A stretch of 64,000 nucleotides of DNA from Nitrospirota bacterium. GTDB lineage: Bacteria > Nitrospirota > UBA9217. The position numbers and the translations under genes are program-made. The notes under the pieces were generated by a model. That model did not search any database. It worked only from the letters and a program-made list of their open reading frames with translations, and was not told where the DNA came from. Of the stretch, positions 1-9,508 are shown in pieces (the first letter of the stretch is position 1; the number at the start of each line of letters is the position of its first letter). The DNA is taken from positions 224,001 through 288,000 of the forward strand of contig CAWIYV010000009.1 in assembly GCA_963840455.1 (NCBI GenBank), written 5' to 3'.

Positions 1-60
1 TGGCTGTCTTTCCGAGCAAGCGAAGCAGTCACGTATTAAATTGATCTACAATAGGTTATT

Positions 61-91
61 CTCCGCGGTCTCTGCGTCCTCTGCGGTGAAA
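61..91. repeat. REP-like element half (ctccgcggtctctgcgtcctctgcggtgaaa)
   Basis: Same periodic ctctgcg/ctctgtg pattern as the arms at 16698-16723 and 53318-53338. Confidence 0.5.
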
Positions 92-243
92 AAGCTTCTC
101 TTCTCAATTTATGGTTTCAGGATTATCACCGCGGACTCCCTCCTGGTGATAGTTGAGGCGGCAGGGGCGGGAAGGCGTTCCCCCGGACGTTGTTCCTTCC
201 CGCCCTTCTTCCTTAGAAGGCCCGGTCCGGGATCGGATGGCAT

Positions 244-561
244 ATGACCAAAGTGATCGTCAACTCAGGGGCATGCGGCTTCACGGTCACCATCACGGCC
301 GAGAAGGCGAAGGACAAGAAGGTTCTCATCATCCTGGACACGGCCTGCGAGATGGTGAAAAAGCTGCAGACAGATATCGCTTCTGTCGACCGGATGGTGA
401 CGCTCACGGGCTTTGCCGACAATCCGGTCTACCGCTCCGCTGCAAAGCATCTCAAGCACGTCGCCTGTCCGGTCCCGTCCGCCATCCTGAAGGCCATCGA
501 GACCGAATCAGGCATGAACGTGCCGAAGGACGTGCGGATCGAGTTCGTCCGGGAGAAATGA
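244..561 (+). CDS. Small Cys-containing protein, DUF6951-like
   Basis: 105 aa; N-terminal GACGF and C-terminal HVACPVPSAILKAIE motifs; GC3-rich codons. Confidence 0.7.
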   Translation: MTKVIVNSGACGFTVTITAEKAKDKKVLIILDTACEMVKKLQTDIASVDRMVTLTGFADNPVYRSAAKHLKHVACPVPSAILKAIETESGMNVPKDVRIEFVREK

Positions 562-629
562 CGGCGCTCCTCGCATCTTCCGCGTGCCCGCTGTGTTATA
601 CTGAGAGCACTTTTCGGAAACGGACGGCC

Positions 630-1316
630 ATGGGAACGATCATCATCATTGCGGTGTACGGCGTGTACGCTGCGTTCTGGATACGGTTCTTCCTGCATAC
701 GCTGGCGTGGTGGCGCGGCCGGGCCGAGGACATGGTCGCGGTCCTTCCGCAGAGGCCGCCGCTGCTCAAGGCCTGGGCGCTTACCCTGCGCGACGTGGTC
801 CTCTTCTGGCGGCTTCTAAAGGTAAACCCTGCGCTTTGGTTCGGCGAGTATCTGTTTCACTCGACGTTCCTGCTCGTGGCGCTGCGCCATCTACGGTACA
901 TCCTGGACCCTGTGCCGTTGTGGGTCTGGGACCTGCAGCTACCAGGCCTCATCGCCGGCTATGTGCTTCCCTTTTCGCTGGTGTACATCCTCGCCGTCCG
1001 CTTCTTCAGCGAGCGGGAAAAATATTCCTCGCCGGCAAACGTCCTGCTCCTTGCGCTGATCCTGATGATCAGCGGCATCGGGGTGGTGATGCACGCTTTC
1101 TTCACGCCGAATCTTGTGGACGTGAAGTACTTCGTGCTCGGGCTTTTGTCCCTTGCACCGGCGCCGCTTCCGGCAGGCGTGCTGTTCCCGCTGCATCTGG
1201 TCCTGGTGCTGGTGCTGGTCGCGCTCGTGCCCAGCCACATCGTTACCGCTCCGCTGGTGATGCTGGAGGCCAGGAGGCGGGAACTGGGCCTTCCACAGGT
1301 GATGCATGAAAAATGA
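630..1316 (+). CDS. Membrane b-type cytochrome of the NarI/DsrM/HdrE family
   Basis: About 5 hydrophobic helices; LFHSTFLLVALRHLRY and LHLVLVLVLVALVPSH give two His pairs; ATG630 chosen because the 153-629 extension overlaps the upstream gene. Confidence 0.8.
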   Translation: MGTIIIIAVYGVYAAFWIRFFLHTLAWWRGRAEDMVAVLPQRPPLLKAWALTLRDVVLFWRLLKVNPALWFGEYLFHSTFLLVALRHLRYILDPVPLWVWDLQLPGLIAGYVLPFSLVYILAVRFFSEREKYSSPANVLLLALILMISGIGVVMHAFFTPNLVDVKYFVLGLLSLAPAPLPAGVLFPLHLVLVLVLVALVPSHIVTAPLVMLEARRRELGLPQVMHEK

Positions 1317-2508
1317 CCGGTCCTTCACCGAAGAGCTTTCTTCGCGCCAGATGTTGGAGATCGACGCCTGCACGCAGTGCGGCGAGTGCCTGAAGCATTG
1401 CCCGGTGCAGGATGTGACCGGCAACCCGTCGGTCTCTCCGCCTGAGAAGATCCGCATGTTCCGCGAGTTCATCCGAAAAACCGACGGGCTCAAAGCAAAG
1501 CTCTTCGGCTCGAGCGACGTCGATCGCAAGCTTCTTGATGACTTCACGAAGGCCGTCTACGAATGCACGACCTGCGGCGCCTGCGGCCAGAACTGCCCGG
1601 TCGGCATCTTCACGCAGCGGCTCTGGCCCACGCTCAGGAAAGAGATGGTAAAGCGCGGGCTCGGTCCTATCGGCATACAGGCGAACCTGCCGAAAGTAGT
1701 TAAGAGCAGCGGAAATCCCTACGATAAGCCCGCCGCTGACCGCTATCGTCCTTGGTTTCCGGAGCAGGTGAAGGTTGTTGAGCAGGCGGACATCGCCTAT
1801 TACGCTGGATGCACCGGCGCCTACGAAGCTCACCCCATGGTGCGGGGCGATGCGCTCGTGCTCGGTGCCGTCGGCGAACCTTTCACTATGCTGCCGCCGG
1901 AAGAGGAGGTCTGCTGCGGGTTCCCGCTTTTCATCACGGGCCAGCACGACCTGCTCAAGGACCTTGTCGACCGGCTCGTCGAGGGATATCGCAGCCGGGG
2001 TGTGAAGACGCTTGTCTGCTCCTGTCCGTGCTGCGTGAACATCATGTCGCGGGACTGGCCCGCGCTCTATGGCCGCGAGCTGCCGTTCACGATCCGGCAC
2101 ATCACGCAGTACGTATCGCACGCGCTGCGGGAGGGGCGGCTCAAGATCACGAAGGAACTGAAAGAGTCCGTGATCTACCACGACCCATGCTACCTGAGCA
2201 GGGGGGTGGGCGTGATCGAGGAGCCCCGCGAGGTGCTCCGGAGCATCCCCGGCGTCACGGTGCTCGAGTTCGAGCGGCATGGCCTTAACTCGCGGTGCTG
2301 CGGGTCGGGCGGGGCGGCCCGGAAGGTGTACCATGAGAACGCCATAAAGATGGGAAGGCAGACGATCGACGAGGCCGTGGCAAAGAAGGCGGACCGGCTT
2401 ATCCTTTCCTGTCCCGCCTGCTACGCAAAGGTGAACGAGGCCATGCAGGGACACGACAGGCAGATCAGGATCACTGATATCATGGAGCTGGTGAGCGGAT
2501 TGATCTAA
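1306..2508 (+). CDS. HdrD/GlpC-like Fe-S oxidoreductase (2x[4Fe-4S] + two CCG domains)
   Basis: CTQCGECLKHCP and CTTCGACGQNCP; CCG domains YAGC..CCGFP..CPCC and HDPCY..CCGSGG..CPAC. Confidence 0.9.
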   Translation: MKNDRSFTEELSSRQMLEIDACTQCGECLKHCPVQDVTGNPSVSPPEKIRMFREFIRKTDGLKAKLFGSSDVDRKLLDDFTKAVYECTTCGACGQNCPVGIFTQRLWPTLRKEMVKRGLGPIGIQANLPKVVKSSGNPYDKPAADRYRPWFPEQVKVVEQADIAYYAGCTGAYEAHPMVRGDALVLGAVGEPFTMLPPEEEVCCGFPLFITGQHDLLKDLVDRLVEGYRSRGVKTLVCSCPCCVNIMSRDWPALYGRELPFTIRHITQYVSHALREGRLKITKELKESVIYHDPCYLSRGVGVIEEPREVLRSIPGVTVLEFERHGLNSRCCGSGGAARKVYHENAIKMGRQTIDEAVAKKADRLILSCPACYAKVNEAMQGHDRQIRITDIMELVSGLI

Positions 2509-2556
2509 AGCGATCGCTGGTCAGCTTGCAGGCTTGCCTGACTGGGGACTTTACCT

Positions 2557-3813
2557 ATGAGCCATTTTTCCATACGCTGCAGAAACTGCGGGAAGATCCT
2601 CGATCACTCGTACTGCGCCTTTTGCGAACATTGCGCCGATTCGCTGCTGGTCACGGACTACAATGCGCGGTTCAGCAAGCAGGGCGGCGAGGGCGTCTGG
2701 CGCTTCAACTGGCTGCCGGTGCACTCCCCTATCGTGGCGCAGCCGGGCCCGGTCGTGTACCGCTCCGTTGGGCTGGCCGTCCACCTCGGGCTCGAGAACC
2801 TGTACATCGCGTTCAACGGGTACTGGCCGGAAAAGGGCGCCGGGCTCCAGACCTGCACATTCAAGGAGTTCGAGGCCGCGGTGGTGCTCCAGAACGCCAG
2901 GGAGAACGGGATCGAGGGGCTCATCGCGGCTTCCGCGGGGAACACGGCCCGCGCCTTCGCGCACTTGTCAGCGCTGTCCGGATATCCCGTGGTCATCATT
3001 GTGCCGCGCATGTGCCTGTCCGAGATGTGGTACCTTAAGCACTCCACGGGTGTTCCCACGGTAGCAGTGGCCGACGGGGACTACTCGGATTCGATCGACG
3101 TGGCTCGCCGGATCGCGCGGGTGACCGGTTTTCCCTTCGAGGGCGGCGTCAAGAACATCGCGAAGCGGGACGGGTTGGGCATTGTGCTGCTCGAGGCAGT
3201 GTCGGTCATGAAGCGGCTGCCGGACCGCTATTTCCAGGCCGTGGGCAGCGGCGCGGGGGCCATCGGCGTGTGGGAGATGGCCGAGCGGTTCCTCGCTGAC
3301 GGACGCTTCGGGCACCGGCTCCCGGTCCTGCACCTGGGCCAGAACCTGCCATTCGCTCCGATGGTGATGGCCTGGCAGAGAAAGGAAAGGGCGCTGGCGA
3401 AAGAGGACCTGGACCAGGCCCTGATCCCGATGATCACGACGCGGGTGCTGTCGACACGCTATCCCGCTTACAGCATACAAGGGGGCGTGTTCGACGCGCT
3501 CATGGCGACGCAGGGGAGCATGCACGGCGTCCGGAACAACGAGGTCTACGCGGCCATGGACCTGTTCCAGCGCACAGAGGGTTCGGACATCGTACCTGCC
3601 GCGGGAGTTGCGGTGGCGGCGCTGCAGCAGGCGGTGCGGAACGGTATAGTCCGGCCCGACGAACTGGTCCTCCTGAACATCACCGGGGGCGGCGAGAAGA
3701 GGCTGGCCCCGGACAATAAGGTGCCGTGCCTCGAACCGCGGCTTGTTTCCAAGAACATCACCGAAAAAGAGATCGAGGAGCTGCTGTGCAACGTTCTGAA
3801 GAAGAGGTCATAA
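2557..3813 (+). CDS. Cysteate synthase (PLP-dependent, threonine synthase family)
   Basis: AFNGYWPE, TCTFKEFEA (PLP Lys), ASAGNTARAF, FQAVGSGAGAI, LLNITGGG; adjacent to comDE. Confidence 0.9.
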   Translation: MSHFSIRCRNCGKILDHSYCAFCEHCADSLLVTDYNARFSKQGGEGVWRFNWLPVHSPIVAQPGPVVYRSVGLAVHLGLENLYIAFNGYWPEKGAGLQTCTFKEFEAAVVLQNARENGIEGLIAASAGNTARAFAHLSALSGYPVVIIVPRMCLSEMWYLKHSTGVPTVAVADGDYSDSIDVARRIARVTGFPFEGGVKNIAKRDGLGIVLLEAVSVMKRLPDRYFQAVGSGAGAIGVWEMAERFLADGRFGHRLPVLHLGQNLPFAPMVMAWQRKERALAKEDLDQALIPMITTRVLSTRYPAYSIQGGVFDALMATQGSMHGVRNNEVYAAMDLFQRTEGSDIVPAAGVAVAALQQAVRNGIVRPDELVLLNITGGGEKRLAPDNKVPCLEPRLVSKNITEKEIEELLCNVLKKRS

Positions 3814-4931
3814 CAACGCTCACGAGGAACGGCGTGGACTTCACCGCGTCGCTCCCCTGTGAGAAGATCAAGACCCTGTTGGAGATGGTCGCCCGCTCGT
3901 TTCAGCATCTTCCGCTGACTCGGGAAGAGGAGGGCGTGGGGATCTGCGCAGGCGCAGCGCTGGCAGGCAGGCGTCCGGCCATGTTCGTCCAGAGCTCAGG
4001 CATCGGGAACATGATCAACGCGCTGCTGTCGCTTACCCAGTTCTATGAGCTGCCGCTTGCATTGTTTGTGAGCCGTCGGGGTGTATACCAGGAGAAGATC
4101 GAGGCGCAGTTCCCCATGGGACGGAAGCTCCCGGCCATGCTTGCCGGGGCAGGGATCACCTATACCGAGATCAATGCGCACGATGAGCTCTCTGCGCTGG
4201 AACGGGAATTGCCCCATCTCTACGAAAAGAACAAGATCCATGCGTTCCTGCTGAGCCCGAAGGTGTGGGAAGGGTCCGATTGTGGATCGCGGATCGCGGC
4301 TTGCGGCTTGAAAGATGAAAAAACCCTTGAGATATCAGGCGAGAGGCGCGATATACGCGAAATTCAGGGAGCACACCTCACGCGCTATGACATCATCAAT
4401 ATCCTTTCACCGTACCTTGACGGCAAGGTCGTGGTGTGCAACCTCGGTTGGCCGTCCAAGGAACTTTTTGCGATCAAGCACCAGCCGTCGAATTTCTACA
4501 TGCTCGGCAGCATGGGCATGGTGACGCCCATCGGGCTCGGCATCGCGCTCTCTTCGCGCAGCGAGGTCGTCGTCATCGACGGCGACGGGAGCCTCTTGAT
4601 GAACCCCGGCACGCTCGCAACCGCCGCTGCTGCCGCTCCGGAGAACCTCACGATCGTCGCAATCGACAACGGCGCCTACGGGTCGACCGGGAACCAGCCG
4701 ACGCTGGCAGCCTCCTGCGTGGACCTCGAACAGGTGGCGCGGGGATTCGGATTCAGGAACACCGTGAAAGTGGCGGGAGAGCAGGAGATCGCCGAGGCGA
4801 TGAAGGGCCGGGGAAAGGGACCCAAGTTCATTCATGTCCTGGCGGTTCCGGGGAACAAGGACGTGCCGAACATCCCCGTGCATCATCTCGAGATCAAGAA
4901 GCAGGTGCAGGAGCTTTTGAGATCAGAATAA
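3786..4931 (+). CDS. comDE: Fused sulfopyruvate decarboxylase alpha/beta (ComD-ComE), TPP-dependent
   Basis: SLPC, TREEEGVGICAGA, QSSGIGN, FYMLGSMG, DGDGSLLMN..DNGAYGSTGNQ; GTG3786 follows GAGGAG. Confidence 0.88.
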   Translation: MQRSEEEVITTLTRNGVDFTASLPCEKIKTLLEMVARSFQHLPLTREEEGVGICAGAALAGRRPAMFVQSSGIGNMINALLSLTQFYELPLALFVSRRGVYQEKIEAQFPMGRKLPAMLAGAGITYTEINAHDELSALERELPHLYEKNKIHAFLLSPKVWEGSDCGSRIAACGLKDEKTLEISGERRDIREIQGAHLTRYDIINILSPYLDGKVVVCNLGWPSKELFAIKHQPSNFYMLGSMGMVTPIGLGIALSSRSEVVVIDGDGSLLMNPGTLATAAAAAPENLTIVAIDNGAYGSTGNQPTLAASCVDLEQVARGFGFRNTVKVAGEQEIAEAMKGRGKGPKFIHVLAVPGNKDVPNIPVHHLEIKKQVQELLRSE

Positions 4932-5040
4932 TGTCCGAATAAGGGGAGCGCAGCATAGCGCCCCCCTTGATGCGCTGGTTGGGATCAGTGTGTCGGGTTT
5001 CGCTTTACTCTATTCGACTTACAAAACGTATCGAAAGCAT

Positions 5041-5209
5041 CACAGAATACCTCCGGGTCTCGACACGGATATGAATGTCATTCTTGCCAGAGGGTAATAG
5101 AGGGAGCGGAAAGCCACCCGATACCGAGGAGGTCGTCGGCGAAGCCGAGACCTGCACAGCGTCATTATGAAGTGCTGAGATGCCCCGCCCCTTGAGGCGG
5201 GTAGCTCAC
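5041..5209 (+). mobile_element. Decayed IS200/IS605-family right end (TnpB-like tail + RE hairpin)
   Basis: Short frame ..GLDTDMNVILARG* resembles the TnpB DRDxNAAxNILxRG tail; ends gccccgccccttgaggcgggtagctcac. Confidence 0.5.
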
Positions 5210-5236
5210 TGTAATAAACCCATCTTTGGCGATGTT

Positions 5237-6628
5237 TTACATCCAATGGGAAAATATATGCGCAAACCATTCCCTGATCCTTCGGAACAAGGGTCTTTTT
5301 TTCCACTCATCCCATTGTATCTGGTCGGACTCCTCGAGATCCCTGGCAAACATCTTCTCCATTTCGATGGCAAACTCATGACTCAGGATAACCGCATTCA
5401 CTTCGTCATCGCTTAACAAGCTCCAGAAGTCCATGTTGGTAGAGCCGACCGTCGCCCAGACGCCGTCAATCACCGCGGTTTTCGCATGCAGCAAGGCGTT
5501 GCGGCGTTCATATACCTTCACCCCCGCCTTCAAAAGCTCGGAATAATTATACCGCGCTGCAGATAAGGCTATCCGAGAATCACTGGTCGAGGGAAGAATA
5601 ATCTTTACGTCAACACCGCGCCTTGCAGCATCAGTGAAGGCATCCAGTATCTGGTCGTCGGGGATGAAATAGGCATTCGTCAGATGGACCGAATGCTCTG
5701 CAAACGTGATGGCGGACATATAAACGATAAAAATGATCCTGTTGCTCTGTCCTGGCGTGCTGCCGACCACCCGCACCAGGGCGTTCCCCGCTTCTTTCAG
5801 ATCAGGGAAATAGTTCCGTTCAGAGAGTTTCGGGCCCTTCTGCTTGTGCCAGGTGTCAAGAAATAGTTTTTGGAACTCAGCTACCACAGGGCCTTCAATT
5901 TGAACATCTGTATCACGCCAGGGTAGCGGCGCCTTTTTGTCCTGGTCACTGCGGAAGGGCGTGCTCGAATAGACCTTGCTGATATTGATACCCCCCGTAA
6001 TGGCAACTTTGCCGTCGACGATCAAGATCTTGCGGTGGTCCAGATGCTCCAGGAGCCAGTGCCCGTGGGCCTTCAGCGGATTTACCGGATTGAATTCAAC
6101 TACCTGGATTCCCTTGTCCCGCAGGCGCTGAAAAAAGGGAGCGGGAGTACTGAAACTACCAACGCTGTCAAAAATGAGATTTACTTGAACACCCTCCGCC
6201 TGTTTTTGCAGCAACAGATCGGCAAATTTTCGGCCTGGTTCATCATCTTCGATGATAAAGGTTTCGAGGTTGATATGGTCCTTGGCTTTCTGTATTGCTT
6301 TGAACATTGCGGCATAGGCGGCCTGACCATCAATGAGCAGAGTGACTTTGTTCCCCTTCGTCAGCGGACTTTCGGTGACCGATTCTACCACGGCATTGTG
6401 GCGCTCCAGAATGTCTGTAGGGTCAACCGAGTTCTTTAGCCGTTCCATGATAGCCTTGCTTTTTTGGGGAGATAACAGTCCATGGGACGACTCGATTTGA
6501 CGAGGTTCCCGTGCAGTCGGCGCCTCATCAATCACTTCAGAGGCATTCGGCAAGGTCGCACATCCATTGCTGAGGCTAAAGATGGATACGAACAGAAAGA
6601 ACAAAAAGAAAGGCCTGGCTACTGTCAT
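5237..6628 (-). CDS. cls: Cardiolipin synthase (phospholipase D family)
   Basis: Two HKD motifs (DHRKILIVDG, LHAKTAVIDG); lipoprotein-like N-terminus (SNGC). Confidence 0.9.
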   Translation of the reverse strand: MTVARPFFLFFLFVSIFSLSNGCATLPNASEVIDEAPTAREPRQIESSHGLLSPQKSKAIMERLKNSVDPTDILERHNAVVESVTESPLTKGNKVTLLIDGQAAYAAMFKAIQKAKDHINLETFIIEDDEPGRKFADLLLQKQAEGVQVNLIFDSVGSFSTPAPFFQRLRDKGIQVVEFNPVNPLKAHGHWLLEHLDHRKILIVDGKVAITGGINISKVYSSTPFRSDQDKKAPLPWRDTDVQIEGPVVAEFQKLFLDTWHKQKGPKLSERNYFPDLKEAGNALVRVVGSTPGQSNRIIFIVYMSAITFAEHSVHLTNAYFIPDDQILDAFTDAARRGVDVKIILPSTSDSRIALSAARYNYSELLKAGVKVYERRNALLHAKTAVIDGVWATVGSTNMDFWSLLSDDEVNAVILSHEFAIEMEKMFARDLEESDQIQWDEWKKRPLFRRIREWFAHIFSHWM

Positions 6629-6710
6629 AGGGTGTTTTATGAAGAAGGAATCTCATTCATTCGGTGAGATCAGTCGAACGATTTTGGTTCAGGATTGTTC
6701 AGGTGTGTTA

Positions 6711-7304
6711 TCATAATTTTCCCGTTTTCCTATATTCCTCGATATAGACCTTGATCGCCCGCAGGATGATCCAGTCCACGGTAACACTGTTGTCCTGCGC
6801 GATCTGGATCATCGCGTCGATCAGCTCCTTGTCGATCGTCGGCATGCCTGCGGGCTGCGGCGTAACGGCTTCCTCCGCCTGTCCGGTATCCAGGGTCCCT
6901 GCTCCGGCTGCTTCGGGCGAGCGCTTCAGGTGCTCCTGTCGAAGGATATCCATGAGCCCTTTCACGTCTCCGTCCTGGACCAGTTTCACGACCTCTGCGG
7001 GGACCTCCCGCTGAGAAGGCGGCTGTGCCTCTCCCTCTCGTGCCGCTGCAGCGGGCTGATCAGGAGTAAATCTTGCCCCAGCAGGCATCATCCCGGACAT
7101 CCCCATCATCATAGTTGCCAGCTTCCTGGCATGCTCATTGTCGGGCATTTCGTTCTTCAGAAATTCTTCCAGTTTGCCTTCCGCCATGGCCGCGGCCATA
7201 CGGTCCGCCGTGAGCGGTTCCTGTTCTTCGCGCTGCTCTCCGGCCCGCTTGCGGCCGAAAGGCGTTGAAGGCGGTTTGGGAAGCTTTTTTTCGTTCTGAG
7301 ACAT
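6711..7304 (-). CDS. Hypothetical protein, possible C-terminal ribbon-helix-helix
   Basis: 197-aa ORF with GAGGT RBS; C-terminus IDKELIDAMIQIAQDNSVTVDWIILRAIKVYIE. Confidence 0.65.
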   Translation of the reverse strand: MSQNEKKLPKPPSTPFGRKRAGEQREEQEPLTADRMAAAMAEGKLEEFLKNEMPDNEHARKLATMMMGMSGMMPAGARFTPDQPAAAAREGEAQPPSQREVPAEVVKLVQDGDVKGLMDILRQEHLKRSPEAAGAGTLDTGQAEEAVTPQPAGMPTIDKELIDAMIQIAQDNSVTVDWIILRAIKVYIEEYRKTGKL

Positions 7305-7376
7305 GATAGTTACCTCTTTCTCCTATTACCCTTACACTATACACCTAAGCGCAACAAGCTGGAACCAAAACCGTGG

Positions 7377-7476
7377 AACCGCGAAGGCGCAAAGATCGCT
7401 AAGAAAAATCTTAATTCTTCGTTCCAAACCAGGAAGGATATATTGCTTTCCTTCGCGTTCTTAGCGACTTCGCGGT
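7377..7476. repeat. About 100-bp REPIN/MITE-like palindromic element, copy 1
   Basis: Imperfect inverted arms accgcgaag..cgctaag / cttagcg..cttcgcggt; aligns with the reverse complement of 10652-10751. Confidence 0.7.
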
Positions 7477-7539
7477 AAAAGGTGTCTTCATCCGTGTGCC
7501 CAGATGAAGTCGGGACCTGTGGTTTAACGCCTTTTGGAA

Positions 7540-8175
7540 TCAAATGTTCTTCGACGGGCAGATATCGTAGAGGACGCACTCGGCGTGGTTGGGTCTCCGG
7601 GCCTGGCAAATGGCCCGGCCGTGGTAGATTAGAAGATGCGAAAAGTTCGACCATTCTTTCTTCGGCGTGATGGCCAGGAGGTCCTGCTCGATCTTGACGG
7701 GATCGGTGTGCTTCGTCAGTTTCAGGAGGTAGGACAGCCGCTTCACGTGGGTGTCCACGGCCATGCCTTCATTGATGCCGAAGGCGGAGGACAGGACGAT
7801 GTTCGCGGTCTTGCGCGCGACGCCGGGAAGGGTGACGAGCTCTTCCATGGTCCGGGGGACCGTACCGCCGAACTGTTCGATGACCATGGCAGCGGCCTTC
7901 TGGATGCTCTTAGCCTTGTTGTTGAAGAAATTGACGGAGTTGATGTCCTGTGCGATCTGCTCCGGTTTCGCCATCGCAAAAGCTTCGATGTTCTTGTACT
8001 TCCTGAACAGGCCGGGTGTGACCTTGTTCACCTGCACGTCGGTGGTCTGGGCCGAAAGGATCGTTGCCACCAGCAGTTCGAAGGGCGTGGAGAACCTGAG
8101 CGCGGTCAGCGGCGTTCCCGCGTATTCCTTCTTCAGCAGCTTGATGATGGTGAGGACCTTGTCACGGTTGTTCAC
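7540..8175 (-). CDS. nth: Endonuclease III
   Basis: LLVATILSAQTTD, HhH LPGVARKTAN, VDTHV, C-terminal ICQARRP..C..C cluster (one Cys position is His). Confidence 0.95.
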   Translation of the reverse strand: MNNRDKVLTIIKLLKKEYAGTPLTALRFSTPFELLVATILSAQTTDVQVNKVTPGLFRKYKNIEAFAMAKPEQIAQDINSVNFFNNKAKSIQKAAAMVIEQFGGTVPRTMEELVTLPGVARKTANIVLSSAFGINEGMAVDTHVKRLSYLLKLTKHTDPVKIEQDLLAITPKKEWSNFSHLLIYHGRAICQARRPNHAECVLYDICPSKNI

Positions 8176-8999
8176 GGGACGCCTCCGGTGCTTCCCACGG
8201 GCTTAATAGTGTGGCAATAGGAGCATAACTGCGACGGCGTCTTTGCCGTATACCGGAAGAGCTTTATCTCGTCAGAGCTGTGGGGGTTGTGGCAGCTCGC
8301 GCAGGAGAATATCTTCCCTTTACGCTTGGGGTCTTTGACAGGTTCCTTCCCTGCGCCTTTCATCGATCTTTCCCCGCCGAGGGAATGGCCGGCCTTGCCA
8401 AAGACCCCGCCGGCATGGGAGGAATTTTTTACCTGGCCATGGCAATCGAGGCAAATTTCATTGGGGCTTTTCACGAGGATGCCGGGATAGCCCGACGAGT
8501 GGGGGGCGTGACAGGTCAGGCACCTGCCTGCCTCTACGGGAGAATGTTTCTTTGTCTTCGTGAACTCGCCCTTATCATGGCAGTTGAAGCAGAGACCGGG
8601 AACAGCGGCGACCAGCAGCTTTTCGTTATTGCCGGCATGGGGAGTGTGGCATCCGGTGCAGCCCATCCCCACTGCTGCGTGCACGACCTTCTTCGTGAAC
8701 TCGCTCCGGTCATGGCATCCGTAGCAGAGCTCCGGCTGTTCAGCGGACAGGCCTTTGGTGATAGTGTTGGTCTTCTTATGAGGGACCTTAAGGGCATCGG
8801 CGATCCCGGTATGGCAGTACGGGCAGCCTCTCTGGAGCGGGGCGTGCACGATCTTCATCCTGACCACAAGGCGGGTATGGCACTTGGTGCAGTCAACCTC
8901 CGTTGGAGCAGCAACAGCAGTAGCTGCTGCAAAAGGTGCGAGGCAGAGGGACAGGACCATTATGACGATACGTGTCGGCAACAAGCTTATGGTTCGCAT
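8172..8999 (-). CDS. Secreted multiheme cytochrome c (9 CxxCH)
   Basis: CTKCH, CPYCH, CYGCH, CTGCH, CFNCH, CLTCH, CLDCH, CASCH, CSYCH after a signal peptide; start could be 9008. Confidence 0.9.
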   Translation of the reverse strand: MRTISLLPTRIVIMVLSLCLAPFAAATAVAAPTEVDCTKCHTRLVVRMKIVHAPLQRGCPYCHTGIADALKVPHKKTNTITKGLSAEQPELCYGCHDRSEFTKKVVHAAVGMGCTGCHTPHAGNNEKLLVAAVPGLCFNCHDKGEFTKTKKHSPVEAGRCLTCHAPHSSGYPGILVKSPNEICLDCHGQVKNSSHAGGVFGKAGHSLGGERSMKGAGKEPVKDPKRKGKIFSCASCHNPHSSDEIKLFRYTAKTPSQLCSYCHTIKPVGSTGGVP

Positions 9000-9160
9000 A
9001 CAATCCATCCTTGGACGATGAGCTAATAAGTAGTGTATCAATAAACTGTGCTCAGATTGTAGCCGATTTTTTGCCTCGGTGCAACCATCTCTGCCGGGTT
9101 CGCCGAGCCATCCGGGCATAGATCGGGGCGGGTCTTCCTCCTTCAGACAGTTGTTTTTGT

Positions 9161-9189
9161 TTGACAGGCTTGCAACACTTCATTAATAT
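9161..9189 (+). promoter_or_regulatory. Sigma70-type promoter
   Basis: TTGACA-17 bp-TAATAT. Confidence 0.55.
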
Positions 9190-9196
9190 GCAAGAC

Positions 9197-9508
9197 GTGT
9201 CAGAAAACAGAAAGGACAAGGAAGAGGTCGACTGGGAATACGGCGAGGTCTGGAAGGATGGATCGCCCGATGACCCTGTTGCCCCTGATGCCGGTGAGTA
9301 TGTCGAGGTCCTCCGGGGGGACACCGGCATGGGGTACAATGATACCACCATGCTGGAATATGTGCTCTTCCTTGGGGAGCACGGGATCAAGGCAACATTC
9401 GATTCCTATCCTCTCGAACAGATCAAGATCTACGTTCTCAGGGTGGAAGCCGGCAGGGAAGCGGAAGCGTTCGCGCTGCTCCGGAAGAAAATGCAGGACG
9501 ACAAGTAA
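9197..9508 (+). CDS. Acidic hypothetical protein
   Basis: About 103 aa; GTG9197 or ATG9188 start. Confidence 0.6.
   Translation: MSENRKDKEEVDWEYGEVWKDGSPDDPVAPDAGEYVEVLRGDTGMGYNDTTMLEYVLFLGEHGIKATFDSYPLEQIKIYVLRVEAGREAEAFALLRKKMQDDK

Noticed and set aside
153-629. 160-aa N-terminal extension of the membrane cytochrome ORF
   Set aside because: Overlaps the 244-561 gene in another frame and has shadow-ORF composition
244-4931. Methanogenesis or dissimilatory sulfite reduction
   Set aside because: No mcr, dsrAB, dsrC or dsrJOP in the window; the CCG protein has two CCG domains, unlike DsrK
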